Of a DNA stretch of 64,000 nt, positions 36,019 to 48,759 are shown one piece after another. The DNA lies in the NCBI RefSeq assembly GCF_016432865.1, contig NC_067400.1:459854001-459918000 (forward strand). The letters run 5' to 3'. Each line of letters starts with the position of its first letter. Within the stretch, counting starts at the first letter, position 1. This DNA is from Antechinus flavipes. Lineage: Eukaryota. The notes below the pieces were generated by a model. The model searched no databases. It saw nothing but the letters and a program-made list of their open reading frames with translations, and was not told where the DNA came from. A program made the position numbers and the translations under genes.

Positions 36019-39000
36019 GACACCGAATACTGAAAACTTAATAAATGCTTACAGAATTGAATGCCTAATTTTAAGACTTCCTTCTACCTCTAAAATTCAA
36101 AAATTTCCCCCAATATCACCTCATCCTCTGTTGCTAAATATGTGTAATCATATTATTTGAAGAAAGATAGGGTTGCAAAAAAAGATAGAGCTTTGAATTT
36201 AAGATTTCAAAAGTTCAGGGTACTAGTCTTGGCTTTGCTAACTATGTGATCTAGGCAAGTTACTAATTGTTCTTAAATTAGTGACTCTGAAGTCTCTCCC
36301 AGCTTTTAAAATTCTATGTGTCTTGGGCATATTTTTTGCCAAAATACCTATTTTTTCCTAGATAGGCTTTAAGAGCTTTTATTAAAAGACCCTCTTCCAT
36401 TTGTTTCTTGGGCTTAAGAAGTTTTCCCTCCCTTCCCACCCCATTGGTTTTTGAGCATGGGTACTTCTAAATTTCCATTCCTTCTAATCCTAGGCTGTGA
36501 TAGGAAACTATAGAGGCAGCTAGATGGCTTGAGAGCTTCATTAGAGTGAAAACTGCGTCAGTAATTTCCTGTTTTTTTTATCTCATTGAATTAATTTAGG
36601 CACTTTAACTCTGTCTTGTTTGATTAAGGTTGGTTTTGATTGTTTGGTTGGTTTGGTTTTTAAGAATCTGGTTTATTTCTGTGTTCTAGAAATATGTCTG
36701 AGCAGATAGAAAGTTGTCTGATAAAACAATGGGACCTAAAAAATTGAACCTCTCCAGCAAGGCCCTAGTCCTTACTATAATTCACAAGACCCACCAGTGG
36801 TCTTCAAACTTCTGCCATTTCAAAGCTCTGCCATTTTAGCTCTTGACCCCGCTTTTTAGAGTATTAACAGAAATCTCTCTTGCATTTACCTTAGTGCAAG
36901 AAGCAAATGGACACATCAGCTAAGAAAAACAACTTTTCGAGAAGTACGAGTGTCCATCACACTTAACTTTAGTAACTTCTGCAATGGTTTTAGCCATTCA
37001 GGAATTTTTGCACAGCTAATGAGACAGAAAGAAGTCCTGATGTCATCCACATTTGCTTTTAGGTTCTCTTAGGTTCATCTGTCTTTGTAACTTCTTGTTT
37101 GGCAAGGGTTCAGTAAGGCCATAATTACCCCTCCTATTCAGGGTAGATAAGGCTGTCCATGAAGCCTTATGTCCCCGTAGGTGTCTTGTAACAAGCCTTT
37201 CACAACAGCTGTTCCATTTTAAGGCTCAGTGCACACAACAAATTCCAGACATCTCATGGCTGCTGCTGCTGTTGCTGCTGCTGAATGGTAACTTCAGGCT
37301 TCACTTGCTTCAGGCCTCAAGGGGGCTGAGCCAGAGCTGTCATGACTTATTGTTCAAGCAACAAGCTCTAAATAAAGAAAACATTTCAAATACCAATTGA
37401 CCGCTGTTTTACTCAAGAGAAATAAACATTTGGAGAGCGATTCTTCCATGACAGACATCATCCTTGTCCCATTTGCCTCTGCAGCATTTTAAAGCTTCCT
37501 GGACTTTTCTGAGAGTTTGTTTGACCAACAGAGTTTGAATAACACTATGTGTTCCGTAACTTGTAAGGGCTAAATCAATGAAGATGAAAAGAGTTTTAGA
37601 AGACAAAATGAACTTGTGTTCTTCATTGACAATTTATCATTCTGAAAAATATCTTATTTAATTTATATATGTGTGTGTGTCTTCAAGTTATTTTAGTACT
37701 GTAATTTTAGATTTGATATACTAAGGTAGCCATATACCAACAAATGTCTTATCTTGTTTGCACCCACCTCAAATATGTTTGGGGGAGAAATGGAATGAAG
37801 GCAAGGATTTAGTGATCCCTATTTTTCTTAAGAGCCACCCATTAAACTTGATAAATTTTTTGTGTGAATAAACTTCAGAGCAAAATATACTTTGCCTTTT
37901 CAAAGTAGAATCACTTTCCCTGTGGTCCAAAAGATTTTTGACCAGAGAGTCATGTTTACATTTGCAAAAACTAATCCAAGATGGAACTTTTTGCTCGTTT
38001 AAGGATGAAATAATTCTTTAGTGGGTACTCAATCCCCATCTGACTGTTTTTCAAGTAAACAGCTCTGAACTGTGAAGATCCAGCCAGAATGACCACTTAA
38101 TAACATGAGGCTTCCCTCCCTGAAAGCAAAATAACAGAACATTTTGAAGCATTGAAATATAAGTGACTAAATGTTAAGTAACAACAAATTTTGCTGCTCT
38201 TCTCAGAGCTGAGAGATTTGGGTTCAGGAAGCTGGGGAAGACTTATGTGTATCTTTGTTTTGTGCCTTTGAACAAAGATTTAAAATGTTTTCCAGGAAAT
38301 TGTGTTGCCAGTCTCCTGCCAATCATAAATCTTCATGATGCTTGAAACATCTTGAGCAACCGCATCCAAAACTGTGTTTCTGTTGGACCAAATGGTAGCT
38401 TAAAACCCCCAGAAGGAACACACATTGTTTTGTGGTTTCCCATGGAACTCAAGGCTGAGTTGAAACCAACCTAGCTGTTGAATTACTTTCCTCATATGTG
38501 TTAGCAGATTTGGGGAGTAGGCAAGGAACAGTGTGAGGGAGACATGGGACAGAAGTTTGAGTTAAAATATAGGCTATTACCAAGAGAACTTAAAACCAGA
38601 AGAATGTCAATTCCCTTTTGTCTGTACTTAAGATCACTGGGGGGAGAACAACAGATGCAAGTGGCTGGAAAGCTTTGAAGGCTTAGTCACTCAAAATGAA
38701 TTAAGACAACATTCTTTGCTCAAAAGTTGATACCCCAAAATATTAATACATGAACAGTAACTGAGCTTGCAGTTTTAAAAAATGAATAGTGACCTTTGGA
38801 ATTATGGGAAGCCTCTGATTTATGTCACATTTTACCTTTTTAGAGAAGTGCTAATTTGTGTTAAGTCCGCATGAGAGACTTGTTTAATGAGCAGATTAAA
38901 TGGATGATTATATCTCTTAAAAAGGTTGTGGGTTTTGTTGTGTTTTGCTTTTTTTTTTTCCTTTCTTTAATAGACAGGCTTATGATGCCACTCTCCTATT

Positions 39001-40244
39001 TGGCAGGGGAACACAGAGCAGCCCTTTTTTAATTACCCCTGCAGGGTCACAGGGACCCAAGCTGTTTGCTTCATTAAACCCCGGTGGCTTCTTTGGAGCA
39101 ACTCCCCCCAAACTGTGCTGTCACAATTGTATCTAAATTAGCATCTGACTGACCCTCTTTTCACTCTTTTCCAAGTCCCAGCTGACAGGGATTGGCAAAA
39201 GATGTTAATTGGTTAGGCCTGGCTCAGGACAATAGACTTGCCAAGAGAACAAAAGAACTAATGTTTCTTTCAATATGCATCCAGATTCACATAAGTACCT
39301 CTTTTAATTACCCAGAATTATTGTAATGCCTGGTCAATGGAATAATTGACCCTCAACAGCAAGAGCTTATTATGTAATAAATAATGGCATAGGCCTAGTC
39401 AGAGTAGCAGGTACTGTGCTGATTTGCAGAGACTAAAAAAAGAGATTTTCTCAGTTAGAGTTCTGTGATGTACCAAGGCATCTTAGTAGGGGTCCAGTAG
39501 AGGGGACTAATTTGAGTTTAACTAGGAGGAAATGCACTGAGAGCTTTTAGACTTATCCACAAGATGACAAAGAAGTACATAAAAAGGATTCAGTTAGTAG
39601 TTTGGCAGCTTAAGAACAAATAGTGAGCTATCTACTACTTATATGGTAGATGATGGAGTCATAACTGAAGAGAGGGAAACAGATTCAAAAGGCTTCACTT
39701 ATATAAGTGGAAATTGAATTTGGATTTCTGGCATCTCTTTCAGCTATTAATTTTACAGGGGATAACTTTTATTTTAGATTCAAGTTTGACCATATCTTTC
39801 AAATTAAGTATGGTTTCATTTTTCTTTATTGCAAATACACAAACACACATGCATATATATATAAAACTTTGAAACAATTAGTTCCAACTTGACAACTTTA
39901 GCTAAAAAAAATCCTCCAAACCTTACACTTTGCAAAAAGAATCAAGATTACTCCATAAATGTGCATGTATTTGTGTCCATGATGAAAAGATAGCAATTGA
40001 TGACTTCAGAGAATTAAATTGGAAAAAAAATCCTGTTGATTGTGAATAATGATACTAAATAAAATATCAGCATTCAACCTTTTTTTCCTCTGTAAATAAA
40101 CTGTGGTTAAAGATGTCTTTAATAATAGTTTTCATTTATGCTAGATATTTAGGATACAAAGAAAGTTTAATCTGAAAGGGAACCCAAAATTTCGTAATTA
40201 AAAGAGAATTCAGATGATCTAACTTCTAACTGAACAAGAATCTT

Positions 40245-41170
40245 TTTTACTCTATCCCGGATAAGTAGTCATCTTGCGATTTCCAGTGAAGGAGAGATCT
40301 GGCCAACAGCCCAGAGAGCAGCCCTGCCAGTTGTAGAAAGTTTTCTCCTTACAGTAAACTAACCTTTGCTTTTCTGCAATTCCCATTGTTTCTTGTTCCT
40401 TTAGGGCAAGCAGAACACACCCCCCATGACAGCTTTTCACATAACTGAAGATAGTTTTCACATCCCTGCTAAATCTCCTACAGGCCAAATATCCAAGTTC
40501 CTCTAACTAATCTTTACATGATATGATTTCCTGTCCTTTCAGTGTCTTGGTCACCCTCCTTCTGATGGATTTCAGCTTGATTGTCTTTCCCAAAATGATA
40601 TTTCCAGAAATGAACACAAAACTCAAAATATGGTCCAAGCTAACTGCAGGGGAATTATCACTTCTTTTCTGGATGTTATGCTTCCGTGAATGAAACCTAA
40701 TTAAGATCATGTTGAGGAGGAGGGGGGAAACTTAGCTTCAGTTTTATCCTGTTGATTTATATTGAGCATGCCATCTACTACAAGTCCCCAGGTCTTTTCC
40801 ATATAAACTACTGGAATTCCCAGGAATGTTTCAGTCTCCCAGCCCATGGCTGTTGCCCTCACTTCCAGGAATTTCCTAAAAGCTCTGAGTCACCCGGATC
40901 CAACTCTGTGACCTCACCTTTATTCCTAATATTTCTCAAGGAGCACTGTATTGCCCTAGATTCATTCTACCTGCTTATCCCCACTGCCTTCATCTGTGGG
41001 ATTTTCCTTGGACCCCTAAGCCAGCTCTAGATCCGACCTGTCGGCCTTCTCAGGATGCCTCTGGTCAGCCCTGGGTTCAGCTGTCTGGCCTCAATTGGTC
41101 TCAGGGATTTTTCTTATGCTCCAAAAGCTGTGCTTAGATTGCACCTGCCTCAGATGGCCAGCTCAATGAT
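40245..41170 (-). mobile_element. CR1/L3 LINE 3' portion
   Basis: Reverse complement gives GGAAAAGACCTGGGGACTTGTAGTAGATGGCATGCTCAATA (EKDLGVLVD..LN-like, frameshifted) and the L3 tail. Confidence 0.7.
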
Positions 41171-41364
41171 AACATTACCACTTACCGTGATGTTAACATT
41201 TGTGTGAGGGCTCTGAGCAATCCCAGTCACCTCCCTCCCTTCAACGGACAATGGGCCTCAACTCAGTCCTCAAGGCTTAGCCTCCCCCAGCCTAGAGATG
41301 GGAAATTTGGTGAGAGTGCCTGTGCAAAACGCCCTCACCTGAACCAGATTAAAAGGTAAATTGG

Positions 41365-41502
41365 GGGGCAGCTAGGTGGCGCAGTGGATAGAGTGCAGGA
41401 GGACCCAAGTTCAAATGTGCCCTCAGACACTTAACACTTCCTAGCTGTGTGACCCTAGGCAATTTATTGCCTCAGCAAAAAAAAAAAAAAAAAAAAAAAA
41501 AA
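41365..41502 (+). mobile_element. WSINE1-type SINE with two short internal deletions and a pure A tail
   Basis: gggggcagctaggtggcgcagtggatagag...ctcagacacttaacacttcctagctgtgtgacc...ttgcctcagc + A26; imperfect TSD aaaaggtaaattgggg / aaaagtcattgggg. Confidence 0.85.
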
Positions 41503-42500
41503 GTCATTGGGGAATTAACAAATTCTGAATTAATTCAGAATTAACAAAATTCTGAGATTTTGTCCCACGGTAAACATTCTGTGAGTGCAGTATCTAGTGC
41601 CATACTCATAGCTTTTGTCTTCACTCTAATTCCTTTCCTCATAGCAAGGTTGTATATATTTGTATAGATATATGTATACAAATAAATATATATATATATT
41701 CTCTCAAATATTTGTATATGTATATATATGTATGTGTGTATGGGTATACACACACACGTACACGCACACGCACCCTCAAATACCCTGATTTTCTGGTTCC
41801 TCAGTTTCCTCCTCTACTCATCTTGCACTTCACCTCAGCAACACACAGAGGTAATCATTCTCTTGACTTGCTTGTGCCTGCTGCCTGTGAAATACCTGTA
41901 CATTCTACCTCCAGCTCATCAAGTCTGAAATTCTCTTACGTGGTCCCAGTCTGCTCTCATTCTCCCTCTCCCTTACAATCCCAAGGATAATCTTCTTCAC
42001 CATAAAACTCCAGCCACCCTCTCGGTTCTTTCCTGAGTTACCTCCTTGGCCCTTCCCTATCTCAATCTTGTGGCGAGTCAGGTCAATCCCACAGCAACCT
42101 CTAACCTTGAGTTCCTTGCCCTCTTATCATTTTATTGTGCCCTGACAAGCCTAAAACTTGGATTACTCCTGCTCCCTACTATGTCTGTTCACCGGTAAAC
42201 GCAGGCTACTGCAAAGAGCCAGAGAAAATACAGAGCTTTGCTAACTGGATCCACTACAGATTTGTTGCTTAATTACAATCAGGACCTCACCGCAGCAAGG
42301 CAAACTTAACCACCTTCAGCATCCCATGTTATCTGCTTTCCCAGCTCTTTCAACTGAGAACCTTGCCTCATACTCACTGAAAAAAAGGAGGCGATTTGCC
42401 AAGAGCTCTTTTTTATCCCCTTCTTTTCTTCTTCTTTCATTTGCCTTCTCTTGTTGTTACCTTCTTTCCTTTTGCCTCAGATGGAGATATGGCCCTTCTT

Positions 42501-43499
42501 TTCCAATTCATACTTCAGCAAGTTGTTACGTTCTTGCAAAGCTTCTCTTTCCTTTCCTCATTTTTCTTCTAACTCTCTTTTGAGACTTTTAATGGTCTCT
42601 TCTAGGAGAGCGTTATGTAAAAGAGGACAGGTAACATTTCCCTTTGGGATATTGTCTGGAGACTGCTATTAGTATCCTCGGTGTTGCAAACCTGCTCTTT
42701 TTCTGTATAGAAGCTATCAATCGTCCTTTTAATTTTTTTACTCATTTTTTAAAGCCTTTAGGGTCTGCCTTTAGAGCAAGGGGGTTACCAGCTTCCTCTG
42801 CAAAGTAGGGAAAGATGTAAACAGGTTTCAGGTAGAGAGGTATGGGAGTGCTCTGGGCAAAAGTTCCCCCCCTCCCCAACCAGAAGTGATTCAGCACGGC
42901 CAAGCTAGGGAAGTGCCCAGTGGAAGAAGCCCACATCCCGCTGTGGGGTTTAGCAACTGATCTAAGACTAGAGACTAAGTGGTGAAAGTGTCACTACCCG
43001 AGACCAAAGCCCCTATGGGGCTGTGGGTATTAGTGGCTGACCAGTGGAGGGCCCCAGTTCAGACCGGAAGTGTCTCTGTCCAGAAGCAAATCACCCTTTG
43101 AAAGTTCTATTACCCCAAGCCAAGCCCCCCACTGTGTAGATTAGAGGCTGTGCCTCTCCTGCCTGGCAGGTTCACAACTGCCCCAAGGAAAAGCCCCGTA
43201 CTGCAGGTTGGGGCTGCGAGCTTGGGCTGCGATTTGTGCTGTCACTTCCGATTTGGGGTGCACACACTCCCGCCCGGTTCTCTCCCTGCTTGTGCTGATC
43301 TTCTCCCCAGCCCCTCAGGACAAATCTTTTCTGACAAAATTCCAGATTTTCTTCAGCTGGTGAGTTGTTGTATTTCTAGTCTAAGTGGGTTTTACCACTC
43401 AAGTGCTATTTTTGAGGCTGAATATAATGTTGGTCATGAGGGTAGGAGAGATACTTAGAAAATGGAGTGTGCCTTCTCCGCCATCTTGGCTCCACCTCG
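42501..43499 (-). mobile_element. 3'-truncated L1 (5'UTR + ORF1 start) flanked by a 12-bp TSD
   Basis: Begins gaggtggagccaagatggcgg; ORF1 ATG at 42745 (MSKKIKRTIDSFYTEKEQ...ALQERNNLLKYELE, with a frameshift and a stop); TSD atggcccttctt at 42489-42500 and 43500-43511; no poly(A). Confidence 0.9.
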
Positions 43500-43670
43500 A
43501 TGGCCCTTCTTCTGGACAAGGCAAATCCTTCTTCAGGCCCTCTTCGATCCCATTCCAAACCTGATCTTCTCCATCAAATTACCTCTTCTGTCAGCCCTAT
43601 AAGTAATCTGCAGTTCCTCCAATCAGCTCCCAGAGTTATCTTCCTAATATGTAGATCTGACCATATCTAT

Positions 43671-43672
<2 letters not shown>

Positions 43673-43703
<31 letters not shown>

Positions 43704-43728
43704 GCGCGCGCGCGTGCGCGCATACACT
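43673..43728. repeat. (CA)n(CG)n compound microsatellite, potential Z-DNA
   Basis: About 14 CA units followed by (CG)7 and tgcgcgcatacac; uninterrupted purine-pyrimidine alternation. Confidence 0.9.
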
Positions 43729-46700
43729 CACTCCTTTATTCAGTAAACTCCAGTGTCTCCTTACTATCTACAGAACTCAATATAAACCCCTCTGGATGCT
43801 GTTCTAGCCCTATATAACCTGGCCCTTTCCTATCTTTCCATCTTCTTTCCTCTGTATACCCAACCATTCAAGGAGAATGACCTTGCAGTTCCTTACCCAA
43901 TATACTCCGTTCTAATCTTGTTCTTTATTTCTCTGCTTTTATCTCATGCCCAGAATGTTCTGGCATGAAAAATTCTCTCTCCCTACTTCAGTTTTAGGGG
44001 TATTAGTGAGATCTTTTGTATTGTAATTTATTATTACAGTAGTCATGAAGTAGTACATCAGTAATTGGAAATTGGGCATAAACCCAGACAACTTTTATTT
44101 CCATGAGTATGTAAGGTTCAAATCCACCATATCAAAAAAAAAAAAAAAAAAGCATTTTATGGTGTGTGAGCTACATCTAACTTTTGACTCAGCCTGAGAC
44201 CCTCATTCTTATTTGGAAAGTAGTATGGAGTATAGACAAAGTCGGGGACCAGAGTTCTTTTTCCAGCTCTACCAATGATTAACCGTGGGACCTTGGGCTA
44301 TATTACATGACCTCTCTGGTCCTCAGTTTCCTCAGTTGGAAAATGTGAGTTATATGTGGGAACTTGATTGTGTTCTCTTTCATTTCTAAAATCCTAGCTC
44401 AATGCCTTCCCACATCACTAGAATGAGAACATGAGTTATTTCCCACTAATAAATAGAATGTGTTAGGCTATGTTAATATATTTTTCATTGAGTTCACATA
44501 TCTGTTTACATGAATGTTTAGTTTGGTTTCCTTGAGATCCTGGGATTTCGAGCTGATATTTTTCAGCCCTCTATTATTTTTTAAAAATGTGTTTGGCCAG
44601 CTTTAAGTCAAATTAAATGCAAGATGGAAAGAAGGAAGCATTTGAGTTAATAAATGCTAATAATGTGGGGAAGGAAGAATAAAGAATGTTAGGGATGAAT
44701 TCTCCATAACTCATTAGAAATGTTCCATTTGAACTTGCTCTCTTTACCATTCTTCAGCCACTCAAAAAAAAAAAATCATTGGTTAGGTCTTCTCCAGGGC
44801 AGAGCACAGCATGTCTGAGACTGAAGTCTGCATAACTAACCCCAGCCTTTTGCTTTGTAAATTGCCTGATGTTCTCTCTGAGGAAACATTTAGAAGAAGA
44901 AACATTTTTACTCCACCAGAACATACAAGATCAACAGCTGTACCCAGGTTTTCTCACAGGATCTCTGGCAGGAATGTTTTCATACCTATGAATCACATGT
45001 CATCATTTCTTTTCTGATGTCACCTGGCCCATTAGAAACATTCTATGAATTTCCTACTTTGGATCAAAGCCATTGACATGATTGCATTTGACACGCGTGA
45101 ATTCTTGTAGAATAAGCATGGCACCTGGGAGCTGTCCACTAGCTGAGAATTTAGTGCTAGTTTCCAAAAGTTCTTCCAACTTAGCTTTGAATGATCTTGG
45201 GAAAGGGGGGGGGGGGATTTGGGAGAAGGGATTATATCTATGTATATTCACAAATATTCATAAAAATACACATATATTTATATATGTATATTTGCATAAG
45301 TGTAAATGTGGATATTTATATAAGTGCATGTGAATTTAATTTTTCACTTTTTCTTCTCCATGCCCATTCTTCTTAAAAGAAGTCCTTTTATTCTGTTTTC
45401 TAATAGTCCTTATTGGAATATTTTTTCATTTCCTTATCTTTTTCAGTATATAGCTTCTCCCAAACTTCCAAGATCTTAGCTTTAACCTAAATTGAATAGT
45501 ATAAGCTCATCTACTTTTTCAGTCACAATATCCCCCATCATTTATCAGTCTTTTTCCTTTTATTTCTTTCTTTTCTTCTTTGCCAGTAAATAGCATATAT
45601 CCAACTCAGAACATTTACTTCTGGGCACCAATCCTAGCTAAGAACAAAGGCTCAGAATAATGACAATAATGATACCTGACACAAAAGGTACTTTAAACTT
45701 TACAATATACTTTACTAACATTTTCTTGTTTAACCTCATAAAACTATGTGAAGGAGATATTACAGATCTAATTATAATGGTTTTATAGGAAAAACTAAGA
45801 CTCATGGAGATAAACTAGCTTGTCTATGGCTATATAGATAGTAAGGGTCACAAAAGGGATTTGAATTTGGGTCTACCTGACTTTAATCCAGCTCTCTATG
45901 ATTCTTCAAATCAGGGGACCTGAGAGAACATTCAGCTCAACCTTACAGGTAATGGAACCCATGGCCTTGCCTTCTAGTCAAAATGTCCCATCAGAAATCT
46001 TGCAGCATCATGAGATTTCCCATTGATAAATTTCCTAGGGAAGGAAGACATTCCCAAATGTCCCAAAGAAGTCTCAAAACAGTGGAGTAGATGATGACAA
46101 TGATCAATTCACAACTTTCATAAGTTTCAGTTTCCTCTTCTATAAAATGGGAATTACATCAGTAATATCATTACAATGTTTTTGGGGAGGCTCAAATTAC
46201 AGATGTAGAATGTTTTGCAAGTTAGCTGTCTTCGTTGACATATCCCTGATGGAACCTGTGCTGCACATGCATGCTTATGTTGCTGGACAATTCTACATCA
46301 ATTTGACTTGAAATTTGAGTATCTAAAATTATTTCTAATATTTTAAAATATAATAAAACATTATTTTAAATTGTAAAAATTGTTCTTAGTTTACTGGTCT
46401 TACAAAAAAGAAAACTAGCCACAGTTTACTGAGCTAACATAATGTATAGAAATATTGCCTTTCGCTCAGAAAGATCTTACAGATTTTGACAATATTGATT
46501 TTTTCATGGCCTGATCTAAGACTTTAGTTGCAGAGCATGTACCATATATATTAGTAGAAGGTTTTTCCTAATTGGTATTTCCCAATGCCAATAAAATTAC
46601 AGGTCTTATCCAAAAACAAGTCAATCTTGGTGAAATTAATTGAGAATTGATTTTCACCCTACTGTCATACATTAAATAAGAGAAATAGTTCTGGGTAGGA

Positions 46701-48759
46701 ACTCAGGTGGATATGCAAGTGACAAATTCAAATGTAGCTTGATATCATAATCATACTACTAGACATGTCACCATAATCATACCTTTTTTTTTTTTACTGA
46801 GCAGATTCTTGAGAATCAATTTTCCAACTCTGAATATTAGAAAACACTAAAACTGCATACAATAAAAAGAGGTAAAATGAGAGAAAAAAATGACATGAGA
46901 CGGAATGTTTGGGGGAGGAGAATGATTATGTGTAGAAGGACATGTGTTTTTAGATTCAATGAATTCATCTTTTATGAAGTGGAAATCCTGGCCAAACCAC
47001 ATAAATAGATTAAACTGACTGCCAGATAAGGAGCATTTTAGAAATAAAAGGGCGCCAGGGCAACATGAAGGATAGGTTTCCTGAAACATTCAGATTAAAA
47101 TAAAATACTTCAAGATGCTAGAGGTATAGAGATGTGATTAGAGGCTTCTTAACAAGGACATCAGAAAGATTTAAAAAAAAGAAAAATAAAAAAGAGTGGG
47201 GAGAGAAATTTAAAACAGGAAGTAAGGTAGCCAAAAAATTTTATTTGTTGCTTTGATGAGTTAATGTAAGCTTGCATAATTGTCAAATTCCTATTCAGAG
47301 CTCACATTTTTTTTGCTGCCAACTAAAGGATTGTATAAGATACCAAATCTCAGGTAACAAATCAAATTGCAACAAGTTTGGATCCCTTTGTAGAGTTTAC
47401 TGTTAGAAATTGTGTCTGGCATCCATTGGACCAAAAGGAATCACCAAAAAAGGGAAATTAAATTCTCGAGCCAGAGAAACTGAGGCTTATAGTTCTGAAG
47501 GAACTAAGAGAAAGGACAAATGTCAGAAACAAGGGTCATATGGTGCTATGTGTATTTTTTAAATTTTTATTGAATTTTATATGTACTATTATTGTATTAT
47601 ATTAATATTATATTAATCTCTGGACTTTTATATTAAATCAAAACTTAGCAATTTACAGTTGGAAGAAACAGTAGAAATCTAGAACATATCCTTCATTTTT
47701 CGGATGAAAAGACTTCCTAAGTTATCACACACAAATGGTATGATTTGTTTAATTTCTATGGATATGTGATCCATATCTGTGTATTTCTCTTCTAGATTTA
47801 CTCAGGAAAACAAAAGCTCCTTTCCCATTAGTTTAACTTGAGAGGAGAAGTTATCCAACAGGGAATAAGAACATAAATATTGTTACACAGAGTTAAGAAG
47901 AATTTGTACATAGTGCTTTCTTTCTAAGGGCCAATATTAGAAAATATATTACTTAAGATTATATAGCTAATGAGTTGAAAGAGGAAATAAGCCACAATTC
48001 TGCAAATTGTTAGAGTAAAACACAGGATAAATCTCTACACTTCGGGGACTTACTCATGTAAGATGAAGTGAAAAGGAAAAAAAAATTAAGATCTATCTAA
48101 CAGATGAAAATGACCAGGTGATTGTGTGTTCTGGATTCATATGCATGAAAGAAATTCTTTAGCTTGAAAAAGAAATGGTTATAGGATTTGAATAAAGCAT
48201 TCATGGTTATGAAAGCTGATCTACTATTTTTTATGCTGATTTCATGACACATGAGCTCAGAGTTAGTTAAAAAGAAAAATCCAAAATTCTACTTGAATAT
48301 TTTTATAATATTAAAAATATAATAATAAACCTGAGTGATTCAATTTTATAAGTGGTTGAGAGTTCCAAATTTGACTGGATTATTTTTTAAAAGGGTCAAG
48401 TAACATTTGAGAGGCTGATGTTGTTTTTTGCTCTAGAGTAAGACAAAGGCATGGCAATAGCTTTAAGAGACAGCGCTGACTGACAAAGAGGATCATTTAT
48501 ATCACTCCCTCTGAATAATATTCCCCCCACCTTCTTGGATGAGGCTTGAAATTCAGCTGATAAAGGACAACACCTTTCACCTTAAAAACCTAAAAAAGCA
48601 AATGTCCACAAGGAACCATTGATTTAAATCTATAGTAAAAAATAACTGACAGGTTAAGGTAAGAAAAAATACAGAAGGAAGGGGATGCATGGGGACATGA
48701 AGGCATAATTCATTGCTGTGTCTAGGGCCTCTCCTATTTTGAAGAGACATTAACAAAGC

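Larger units (their letters stand above)
41790..43980 (+). mobile_element. L2 LINE interrupted by an L1 insertion (42501-43499)
   Basis: SATHRGNHSLDLL (L2 endonuclease PTH..G..LDL motif); L2 sequence continues across the insertion (gatatggcccttctt / ctggacaaggcaaatcc); L2 3' region 43560-43980. Confidence 0.75.
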
